Assembly: GCA_002269645.1 (NCBI GenBank)
Contig: NIVC01000644.1
Location: 135,996 to 199,995 of the forward strand
DNA: 64,000 nt
Source of the DNA: Macrostomum lignano
Lineage: Eukaryota
Direction: 5' to 3'
The position numbers were made by a program, and so were the translations under genes. This document shows positions 39,737-50,219 of this stretch, one piece after another. Every line of letters begins with the position of its first letter. Positions within the stretch are counted from its first letter, which is position 1. The notes under the pieces were generated by a model. The model did no database searches. It was not told the origin of the DNA and saw nothing but the letters and a program-made list of their open reading frames with translations.

Positions 39737-42725
39737 TACAAGTACTACGAAGTATATTTCTACTATGTCATTCTAAGGGAGCATAATCAATTTACAACTG
39801 CTAAAAAACTGAAACCCACATTTAGCTGATATATTCTCTTCGTGGCCTGAACATCCTCTCCAAAGCAGACCCGAACTCGGCTTCCAAAATGCAGCCAATT
39901 TTCTGTCAGCTGCTGCATGGGACGATAAGTCAAAAACTGTACAATTAGCCCTTCTGGAACCAGCAATACATGCACGCGTATGAGGTCAACCTCAGGGAGC
40001 ATGCAGGCCGTTTGCTGTGTGAGAGTCGTATATCATATCCCGTCCGTCCTTTAAACCGTGTCTGCGCGTCGCTTCCTTGGGATGCACTTTTAACCGACGC
40101 AATAACAAAATACCCTTGGCTGTGGTCTGCCCCAGTCTAAATATAATTGGGTGCATCATTTTGAGTTCGAATGGTTTTTAGATCCTTTGTGAAGCTGATC
40201 CCTTCTGAGTTGAGATGTACGAGGGATGTTACAAAAGTTTATAGGCTGAGTTTACTGTTAACGACAAGAATATCCAAATGAGCTTGAAACTTGAAATCAC
40301 TGTTACCATTTTCCCTGCTGTGGACGAGCTGTTGGTTCTCCTTCGATCCATATAGTCAAGAGGAATTTTATGGTCGATGGATTTCAAAATGTGTCCATAA
40401 AAGTGCAAGTTGCTTTGTGCCCCGAACACGACATTCGCCCGACAACTCGTCATTTTCCTCCAACGATATTCAAGCAGCGAGTTGTCTACAGCTATTTATC
40501 AATTGTGAGTTTCCCTCATGCAATCAATTATTTTTATTTGTCATTGAGTCAAACGATACGTCTGAGGACTGCTTGAGTACGGTTCAACAGCATTGCATGC
40601 AGTTGGCTGCTTTGATACGGAAACTTTAGCCTTGCCATACCCTGTAGTTCTTCTCTGTTTATCATAAAGCATGATTAATGAGCTCGATGACATTAAAGCC
40701 AAACATACAAGGCGTACGAGATGCGTCTTACATGCATTTTGAATACCGAAGAAAAATCTGAAAAAAGCTAAAGAATCAAATCAATACAGCGTAAGAATCC
40801 AAGTGTAATTAAGAAGAACTCAAATTGCACGATCAATTCGTCAGTGCAGAATGTAGATGTACACTCATTGTACAGTTGTGCATGCATTGTACATGTACCC
40901 TGTAACATCAGGTGTCGGCAAACTGCGACCCTCTCCATCGCGAGCCTCGGGACCTTTGAAGCTTCACAATAGCAATCCAGCACTTCAATACTTATTGTAA
41001 ATTTAAATTTTGGTCATTGGATTTTGCAGCCTTGAGTAAATCTGCAGTCAAAGTACATGTAACTGGGCTTCTCAGTACCCAATGATCGCTTGGTCTGACA
41101 GCTTTTGGCTTTGAAGTCGACTTTTCACTCAGAGTAGCGAGCGGTCTGGTTCCTGGCGTCGCAAAGATTTGCGGCATCGCCGCGGGCTTGCCTGGGCTGC
41201 CTTCTGTTCTGCCAGGGTAGTCCTGCAGTCCGAGACACTACCTGACCGCCAGAAGGCGGCATTGTCACTGGCAGTGTTCGATAGACTGTCCTGTGGTACA
41301 ACGCCGAGACCTGGACGCTGACGGATTCGCTCGAGCAACAAGTTGACGTCGCGCACGCTGGCCTGCTGCGCGCCGCCTTCAAGATCGGTTACGAGCGGGT
41401 GACAAACGCGGCATATTGTATCACCGCACCGGACTGGTCCGTCCAAGCGAACTGATGCGCCGTCGGCAACTCCAGCTGGCAGGACACATCATCCGTGCCA
41501 AGACAACTCCCCGCAACTGGTGCAGGAGGTACTGCTGCTGACGCTGCAGGCACCCTACCGCGGCGGGGGCAGATCCGCACTTGGCGTTTTGTCGACTGCC
41601 TGCTGTCTGATGCCAGCGCCGCAGATGCGTGACGTTCATTCGCGACATGGCGCGAGGCTCTAAAGCAACATACATGTAAATACAGGACGCGACACTCACT
41701 TTTCATGGAAAAAAGTTTTGAAGGCTATTTTTAGATAAATATTTTGCTGGATACTACCGCTTTTCAATTAAAATTTAGTTATATTGTTTAAACATTCTAC
41801 ACGGCTAATCGATCCCTTCGAAGAGTTAGAAATGGTGTTTAAGGCACGTAACTAGTTTGAGATAGTAAAGGTATATTTGTTGATGAAAATGGGTTGCCTT
41901 AAGAAAAGTGAAATTTAAAAAAAGTTAAGCCAAATCCGCGAATGCTATTTTATCTTAAAGGGGAATAAATTTCAAAGGTCTCATCGAAAAAATAAATTTC
42001 CACGTGCATCCATTCGATCAAAAATGACAAGAAAAAACAATTTTTGACATTGTTTAGAAAAGTGGCCGTCAATTACAATTTCCATATAGATTTTGAGTGT
42101 AATTGCATCCTTCTATTTTTGTAGTCCTTTAGTATTTAGTCGTCTTGTCTTTATGCTTGTATTAGCTGTAGTCTTAATAAATTAGGCCTCAAGATACTTT
42201 TCAGGGTCTGGTCCCAATCGAGAGGGTTGAAGTGAAGGAATACTCACTTCAGGGTTGGGTATGTTAGCTGATTTTCGATGAGCGTTCTCCGCCATATTTG
42301 CGTCTCCGTCCTGGAAAGTTTTTTGAATTGATACTAATTTACACATCAGCTCTAGAAGTGACTGATTCAGAGCTGCATTGACTGGAAACTAGCTCCTAGA
42401 AACTAAAAAATTGTTATTTTTTAATATTAATTGTTTTTCTTATTTCCCTCTGAAAAGTTTAAACTCGGCAAGTTTTCAGTATAACTAAGCATTAATACTA
42501 ATAGGCAAAAAAATTCAGTGTTTGTATAACGAAGAACAGTTAGGTGGTAATATTATGTTCTTAATTTTTTTTAAAGTCACTTTTACGTTTAAATTAAAGT
42601 TTGACTATATTTTGAAATAGGTTTATTTTTACCGTACACACATTTGCCCTTCAAAAATTACTTGGTTTTTGTTCTTCTAAAACAGGTTGTGTACTTTTAT
42701 TGGCAATACGCCTATCAAGTAGAAA

Positions 42726-43429
42726 ATGTTAAAATTAGGGCGAATTTCAAGACTGAGAAATATCGTTGGTTTTAACCAGCGCTTGCATCGCAATGCAACT
42801 ACCAGTTCAATAACATCGCAATATCCTGTCATTGACCATGTCTATGATGCTGTAGTCGTTGGAGCTGGTGGCGCTGGTTTGCGTGCTGCTTTCGGACTCG
42901 CTAATGAAGGATTCAAGACAGCATGCGTAACAAAGCTGTTTCCTACTCGATCCCATACTGTTGCAGCGCAGGGTGGAATCAATGCCGCACTGGGAAACAT
43001 GGAGGCTGATGACTGGCGATTCCACATGTATGATACGGTGAAGGGTTCTGACTGGCTAGGTGACCAAGATGCTATTCACTACATGTGCGAGCAGGCGCCC
43101 AAGGCTGTGATCGAGCTGGAAAACTATGGTATGCCATTTAGTCGTTTAGAAAATGGCCGGATTTACCAGCGTGCTTTTGGTGGTCAGAGCATCAACTATG
43201 GCCAAGGAGGCCAGGCCCATCGTTGCTGTGCAGTGGCAGATCGAACTGGACATTCAATGCTGCATACCTTGTATGGCAGGTCATTGAAGTATGGCTGCGA
43301 CTATTTTGTTGAGTATTTTGCTCTGGACATTATCTATGAAGATGGAATCTGCAAAGGTGTCATTGCCTTGAATTTGGAAGATGGCACAATTCATAGGTTT
43401 CAATCAAAGAATACTGTTTTGGCTACTGG
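42726..43429 (+). CDS. SDHA: Succinate dehydrogenase flavoprotein subunit, exon 1 of 4 (join 42726-43429, 44509-44998, 45579-46055, 46738-47001; 644 aa)
   Basis: Transit peptide, [16 protein letters not shown]-attachment motif [15 protein letters not shown]; ends ACT GG followed by donor GTGAGT. Joined length 1935 nt, in frame. Confidence 0.97.
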
Positions 43430-44508
43430 GTGAGTATTGATACTAGTCATTATTGTTTATTACGTTTGACTTGACTTTGGAATTTGACCTTTGGCTTATA
43501 CACAGTAAAAGTTTCGAATTTTTTGGCCTTCTCTTAGCTTTGAAACCAAATTAGGCCTATATAAAGTTATTAAGTATTTAAAAAGTTTAATTAATAGATA
43601 TTTACAATAATTTATAAAAATATTAAAATATCATATATGTAACATTGAATAATAAATATTTTATTTTTCTTATAATTAGCAAATCTAGACTAACTAAAAC
43701 TAGAAATATATGGTCTAGATTCTTTATAATTAAGTATATAATTAATAGTTATATAAGCAAATGATTTTAATCAATTTTAATTTATAATAAAGATAATGTA
43801 ATAGCTTCTTACTTATAAACTATGAACTTGTGAACTTTATTGCTTGCATATATAAACATTGTTTTGATTGAATTCTTTCCCAATCTTTCATAACTTACAA
43901 TCATAAAAATCCTAAAAATCAATAAAATTTTTTAGACAATAATATTAATACATAGTTCTGTGTTCAAATAAAATGTATAAAATTCATAGTCACACATGGT
44001 TTCACACATGGTCTAGTTCCAATCACTCATGAAAAAAATCATAGTTGGTCAATCCTTAGTTTATTTTCTATTTGATCTATTGTAACTCTGATAGCTTATG
44101 CTTTTTATAGCAATATATACTTTTTACTATAGACTCATTAAAACTAGGTTTGCTACTAATTGTTAGATTTTGATTATTTGATTATTTAGTTTATTGCCAA
44201 GGGGTATTTTTATAGATGGCAATCTTATCTAATAAAAAATTGAATTGATTGGTTCACTAAGGCTCATCAATCTAGTGCACTAAGTGCCTGTAGCAAAGAA
44301 TTAGCTAGCTATAGGTTGCTTTTAAAACTTAATTTCATGCTTTTTTCTTCTTAACAATGGAGGGTGAAGCTGCTAAATTTAACTGACTTAATACTCACTT
44401 CAGACTACTATCAGATATATAAGTAGGAAATTGTTAAATATAAGGTTCAGTTGGAATAACTTGTACTCATAAGACAAAGCAGTCATTCACTTTCCACCTG
44501 AACCGCAG

Positions 44509-44998
44509 AGGCTATGGTCGGTGCTACTTCTCGTGCACCTCAGCGCACACCTGCACTGGCGATGGCACTGCCATGGTCAGCCGCGCTGGCCTGCCCAACC
44601 AGGACATGGAATTTGTCCAGTTCCATCCTACTGGCATCTATGGAGCGGGCTGCCTCATCACCGAGGGCTGCCGTGGCGAAGGCGGCTACTTGGTTAATAG
44701 CGAGGGCGAAAGGTTCATGGAGCGCTACGCTCCTGTTGCCAAGGACTTGGCCAGCCGCGACGTGGTGTCTCGTGCCATGACCATCGAGATTCGCGAGGGC
44801 CGCGGAGTTGGCAAGGACAAGGACCACATCTTCCTGCAGCTGCACCACCTGCCGCCTGAACAGCTGCGCAGCCGCCTGCCGGGCATCTCCGAGACCGCCC
44901 ACATCTTTGCCGGGGTGGACGTGACCCGGGAGCCGATCCCTGTGCTGCCCACTGTGCACTACAACATGGGCGGCGTGCCCACCAACTGGCAGGGCCAG
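44509..44998 (+). CDS. SDHA: SDHA exon 2
   Basis: Acceptor CCGCAG; completes ATGGYGR, then [46 protein letters not shown]; donor is GCGAGT. Confidence 0.95.
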
Positions 44999-45023
44999 GC
45001 GAGTTGCGCCCCATGATTATTCG

Positions 45024-45561
45024 AATAGCCAGTCTCATTAGATTGATAGCCAGTCTCATTAGATTGATAGCCAGTCTCATTAGATTCATAGCCAGTCTCA
45101 TTAGATTGATAGCCAGTCTCATTAGATTGATAGCCAGTCTCATTAGATTGATAGCCAGTCTCATTAGATTGATAGCCAGTCTCATTAGATTGATAGCCAG
45201 TCTCATTAGATTGATAGCCAGTCTCATTAGATTGATAGCCAGTCTCATTAGATTGATAGCCAGTCTCATTAGATTGATAGCCAGTCTCATTAGATTCATA
45301 GCCAGTCTCATTAGATTCATAGCTAGTCTCATTAGATTCATAGCCAGTCTCATTAGATTGATAACTAGTCTCATTAGATTGATAGCCAGTCTCATTAGAT
45401 TGATAGCCAGTCTCATTAGATTGATAACTAGTCTCATTAGATTGATAGCCAGTCTCATTAGATTGATAGCCAGTCTCATTAGATTGATAGCCAGTCTCAT
45501 TAGATTCATAGCCAGTCTCATTAGATTCATAGCCAGTCTCATTAGATTCATAGCCAGTCTC
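45024..45561. repeat. 21-bp minisatellite (ATTAGATTGATAGCCAGTCTC) filling SDHA intron 2
   Basis: About 25 copies occupying most of the 580-nt intron 44999-45578. Confidence 0.97.
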
Positions 45562-45578
45562 CTGTCCCCCTCCCGCAG

Positions 45579-46055
45579 GCCATCACCTACGATGCCCAGA
45601 AAGGCTCCGACGTGGTGATCCCCGGCCTGTACGCCGCTGGCGAGGCCGCCTGCGTGTCGGTGCACGGCGCCAACCGCCTCGGCGCCAACTCTCTGCTGGA
45701 TCTGGTCGTGTTCGGCCGCGCCTGCGCGCACACCATCGCCAAGGAGAACCGGCCTGGGGAGAAGCAGGCGCCTCTCCGCTCCGACTCCGGTGAGGCCTCC
45801 GTAGCCAACATCGACCGGCTGCGCAACGCCAAAGGCGACACCCCAACGGCGCAGCTGCGGCTGGACCTGCAGAAGGCCATGCAGAGCAACGCCGCCGTGT
45901 TCCGCGACGGCCCCACCCTGAAGCGCGGCTGCCAGGAGTTCGACGCGATCTACAAACGGATGGCCGATCTGAAGGTCACCGACCGCAGCCTGATTTGGAA
46001 CTCCGATCTGGTTGAGACGCTGGAGCTGCAGAATCTGATGCTCAATGCTGGACAG
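45579..46055 (+). CDS. SDHA: SDHA exon 3
   Basis: Acceptor CCCTCCCGCAG; AITYDAQKGSDVVIPGLYAAGEAACVSVHGANRLGANSLLDLVVFGRA...ETLELQNLMLNAGQ; donor GTGAGC. Confidence 0.96.
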
Positions 46056-46737
46056 GTGAGCCCTTCTCCTTCCCTTAGAATCTCTTCTCAGACTTCGCAT
46101 CCAGGTTTCATCTTTCGACTCTTATGTCACCCCTAGCCCTAAATATCATCGCACCTTTTATCTCTAATCTAAAATCATTTATATCATTAACTCTCCCCTT
46201 TCCCTCATTCAAATGACATCCCAACCTCTTTGTTAATCTAATCTTGCCTCTGAAAGCCAAGCTCATCCTCGCTTTTTTTATCCAATTCAATCTAATCTCA
46301 TTCATTCTTCTCAAAGTTTCTCCTTTCTCAATAAAATCTCATCTCATCCTTCTATTCTATTCTCACCTTGTATTACACCTGCCTGTTAAAAACGTTACCA
46401 TGACAATAATCACTAATGAGTCATTGCCAACAGCTGTCTTGTGCCTGTTTAGCGATTCCAACGCGTCTAAGAGGCGACTGCTGCGTCACAAGTGCGTCAC
46501 GTCCGTTGTAGAATTGTAATGGGGTCGCGAAAGAGTTGTCTAAGAATCGTTGTGTTGGCGCTTAACTTTCGCTTGAGAGTCGCTTTAGCAGGCCTCACAT
46601 ACGACTTTACAGCCCCAGAGTCACTTGCGTCGCCTCAGAGAGTCCGTTTCAGAGTCGCAGGCAATAAACGCTTCAAGGTGATCAATCAAATCTAATCTCA
46701 ACCGTGAAACCCAGCCGCTCCCGCCCTCTCAACGCAG

Positions 46738-47001
46738 ACTGTGTACGCTGCCGAGGCCCGCAATGAGTCGCGCGGCGCCCACGCCCGCGAAGACTTCAAA
46801 GATCGAATCGACGAGTTCGACTACACCAAGCCGACCGATGGCCAGACCAAGCGGCCGTTCGAGCAGCACTGGCGCAAGCACACGCTGTGCTTCATGGACG
46901 AGGCCACCGGCAAGGTGACGCTCAAGTACCGGCCGGTCATTGACAAGACCCTCGACCAGAAGGACTGCCCGACAGTGCCGCCGAAGATTCGGGCTTATTG
47001 A
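46738..47001 (+). CDS. SDHA: SDHA exon 4 (terminal)
   Basis: Acceptor AACGCAG; [19 protein letters not shown]...HWRKHTL...YRPVID...VPPKIRAY then TGA; AATAAA at 47420. Confidence 0.96.
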   Translation, partial: TVYAAEARNESRGAHAREDFKDRIDEFDYTKPTDGQTKRPFEQHWRKHTLCFMDEATGKVTLKYRPVIDKTLDQKDCPTVPPKIRAY

Positions 47002-47574
47002 ACCCCATCGAGTTTGATTAACTGATTGTTCGATAAAGTTCACTAGCGAACTGATAGCCGCGTACTGTAAGTTGCACTTTCATTGCATATTTGTGCGCGT
47101 GTGCGAGTCCCCTTGTTCCTACTAACCCCTGTTCAGTTTAGTTTGCTACTGTTAGAGTGAAGCATAGCTTATATATATGTAGGTCTGGACAATATTCGTT
47201 TAGAAAATGAAACTTCGTTTATTTATTAGTTTATTAGTTAGCGTGAGTTTTGAACACAGTTTTCATTTTTACTCACTAAATGCTTAGAAGTAGCACTTAA
47301 ACTGTCAGCAACTTTGTCCTTGGAATTTGGAATATTCTATGAAACTTTGTGTTACAGTGTGCGATATGCTCCTTTCAGATAGAAACATATTAGTAAAACA
47401 AAATACGTTGACGAATTTAAATAAAAAATAGACTTTGTTGTTTTAGCTTCATCAAAACCGAACGGCACTGTTGTTGTCGAGACTTTACGTTACTCGTATA
47501 TTTGTTTAGATCTAAAAAATTGACTGCCTTCAGCTCTTTTTTGCAGTTTTGACTTGAAGACTTGAGCCTTCCAA

Positions 47575-48420
47575 TGCGAAGCATACAGAAGACAGACTGG
47601 CAGACCGAGAGGCAGGGGCAGAAAGAGGACAAACGCTCTTGTTTACTTATTCTAAGCTCCTTTAGTAGACGCTGAAAGTTAAGAAATTAATTTTTTCAAA
47701 CTCCAGTATGTCCTCGCATGTTATTACTTTCCAGACAGAACGACCTCGAAGAGTCGCTCGGGGTAGCTCGCAGCTTGCCAGACAGAATGACCTCGAAGGT
47801 TTCATTGTTTTGCATGGTCTGCTGGCTGGCAATTGAATGCTATCCCTGGCTAAGCTACAGTCGGAGAAGGCTGGGAAAAAAGGAGTTATGGGAGAATAGA
47901 ATTGCCACTCTTGGTCCAGCTGAGCCGGAAATAGCTTAAACGGTTGCTTTGCGAAGAATTGTGCTCAAAAACGGTGAGGGGTTTGCTTAAAAAAACAACT
48001 TACAAACTTCATTTCCAATGTGTCTAGTGTCGTTTCCGATGGATGCGTCATTGTGCAGCGCATTTTGCACCTTGATGTAATACGACTACGAGATGAACGT
48101 GAACTTGCCCATCAGGTAAACGGCATGATTTACTGCACTAGATCGAAACTGTCTGTGAACCAACGTAGGCCGCTATCAAACCAAAAAGCAAATCAGTAGA
48201 TGGTTTTCAAAATCTACACTCAACGGATCTGGAGCCTGCCGATTTCTTTATTTTTCTGCAGCTGAAGAGCCGTTTTAAGACAAGGTCCGGTGAATTCTTT
48301 CCCAAGGTCTTTCGAGCCAAAGCTATTTTGATGCGACTGACGCCATCCATGCTCAAGCGGTGGAAGAAGCGAGTTGCTACATGTGACGACTATGTTAAGA
48401 AGTTTTATCCATGAGGGGCA
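47575..48420 (+). mobile_element. Decayed mariner-family DNA transposon remnant
   Basis: STDLEPADFFIFLQLK (about 48220-48267) resembles mariner SPDLAPxDFFLFxxLK; LKRWKKRV...DDYVKK (about 48353-48400) resembles the mariner C-terminus; a diverged second copy lies at 59.3-59.9 kb. Confidence 0.5.
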
Positions 48421-48549
48421 AACCATCACTTTCTATGTAGGTTGTCAATTTCGCTAGACTATCAGTGACATTGCGATGCTTTATAAAGCAAATTTTAAAT
48501 GAAATGACCAAAATATGCGAGATTTAATATACTAGGAAGAATGCGCCGC

Positions 48550-48904
48550 GGGGGGCCGTAGCCCAGCGGTAGCGCAGGCTCTGGTGTGCCAGCGACCCAG
48601 GCTCGATTCCAAGTGCAGTCGCATTAATTTGGGTCTGAATTAGAATCTCGGCTTGGCTCTGCTCGTGCAATTAACGGCCTTGAGAGCCCCCCAAGGCGCA
48701 GTGAAGTGTACATGCCTAACGATAAAAATAAAGTTAGGGCCGCTGTACACTCCTGTGTGAGTGTGTGCCTGCGTACGTATCCGCGCGCTTGTGTGCCTGC
48801 TCAGGGGAGTCGGCGGAATGGGCAGTAATGCCTCTCGCCGGTTGTGTGCCTGTCGCTTAAAGTGCGCCAGGGTGCACACAACCCCCCTGCCTCTAATAAT
48901 AATA
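48550..48904 (+). mobile_element. tRNA-derived SINE with a 13-bp target-site duplication
   Basis: A-box TAGCCCAGCGGT, B-box-like GGCTCGATTCC, (AAT)n tail; flanked by AAGAATGCGCCGC at 48537-48549 and 48905-48917. Confidence 0.82.
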
Positions 48905-50219
48905 AAGAATGCGCCGCTTCAAAATGACACCAAAGCCCCCTTTTTGCTCTGGGTTTAAGTGTCAGAACTCCAGACACCCCGTGTACTTTTGCGAGATGAG
49001 TGCGGCAATTCAGGCTGCAGTCTGTGGGTTAACTATATCCTCATAGTTGCCCTTGCATGTAATAATATACATGCAAATACATGTGATATATTGCCGTAAA
49101 GCATATGTGTAGACTAGGCTCTCAGGCACCTGTTTGCGGGAGCTGGACCAAGTGCCCGCGGATGGCGCCATTGATCTCGCTCTTTGTGTCGTCCGCTCAC
49201 GTTCGACCCTGCCTGATGGATAGTTAAATTTCACTTGTGTCTGGCCGAGATTGCGGGTCCACTGCAGAGCTTGGATTAGCAGAGCCAAGCCGTGAAAATA
49301 TTCGTAATTATGAGCCTTTGCAGTGAGGACAACAAATCCTGCAGGAGTTTCCAAATCTTTCAACGGCTCCGATCCCCACTGAAGGGATTCAATCTTGAGG
49401 TTGTCTGTTCAAGCGGTGGAGCCAACGTCACTTGGGCTGATCCCCGCTAGCACCCCGTTTAACAACAACAAACAGCACACGCATAGCCTCGATCGGTACG
49501 CTTGTGACAGGTTCCTCAGACAGCTAGGCAGGTTAAAGGCTAGCCAAACTAACAACAATTCATTAAAATCCTTCATCTCATTAATGCAGAAATCGCTAAA
49601 TCTGAAACAGAACATACACAGAGTACTGATATACATGAAAAGCCCTTCAGAAATACATGTACTCTTGGCGTAAAGCTTTGTCAAGAGTTGGAAATTGTAA
49701 ATTAAGAAATCCGATTAGTTTCGTTTCCTGAAATAAAATAGCACAAACAATTAATAATTTCTTGGAAATTTGCTTGAATAACCACTGCCACACTTTAGGA
49801 ATCGAAAGGGTTCGTTATTGAGTTCTGGCTTAATTTATTTCCTTCCTCCATCGCATAATAGTTACGTTGAAGGCTGCGCGCTTCCAAAAAGCGACTGGAT
49901 GCGAATTATCGGGGAGAAAAAAGAAACGTTTGTTCACTTTTACCGAATCAAGGAAAATAATTGTCATAGTTTGTCTGGTCATGTTTCGTATCATCAGCCT
50001 CGCAGAATTAAATTCTGACTTTAACCGTCGGCACCTGAAAGAAAAGAGTAGAAAGGGTCAGCATGCACGAAGTATTTCTAAAATGCTAATAAATAAACTA
50101 GTCACTTGTTGTGACCTGTCTCTCCGGGCACTTCATCAGTTAGTAGTTTCGCTTTGCAATCAGATTCAAAATATTTTCAACACTCACCCATAAATGTAAT
50201 TCCATAGGGCCTACCTACC

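Noticed and set aside
40208-40647. Possible Tc1/mariner MITE (TACGAGGG...CCCTGTA ends)
   Set aside because: The ends do not form a convincing inverted repeat and the internal similarity is marginal.
41125-41706. GC-rich segment with RING-like fragments (MCPASW...CGDTICRVC) on the - strand
   Set aside because: Needs a frameshift and lacks several zinc ligands; too weak to call without a profile search.
44715-46100. 461-aa - strand ORF, and related LAINLMR or YQSNETG ORFs at 57-59 kb
   Set aside because: Antisense to SDHA exons plus a 21-nt repeat that lacks stops in that frame.
49010-49684. - strand ORF fragments with plausible composition
   Set aside because: Broken by stops, no recognisable motif and no convincing splice structure.
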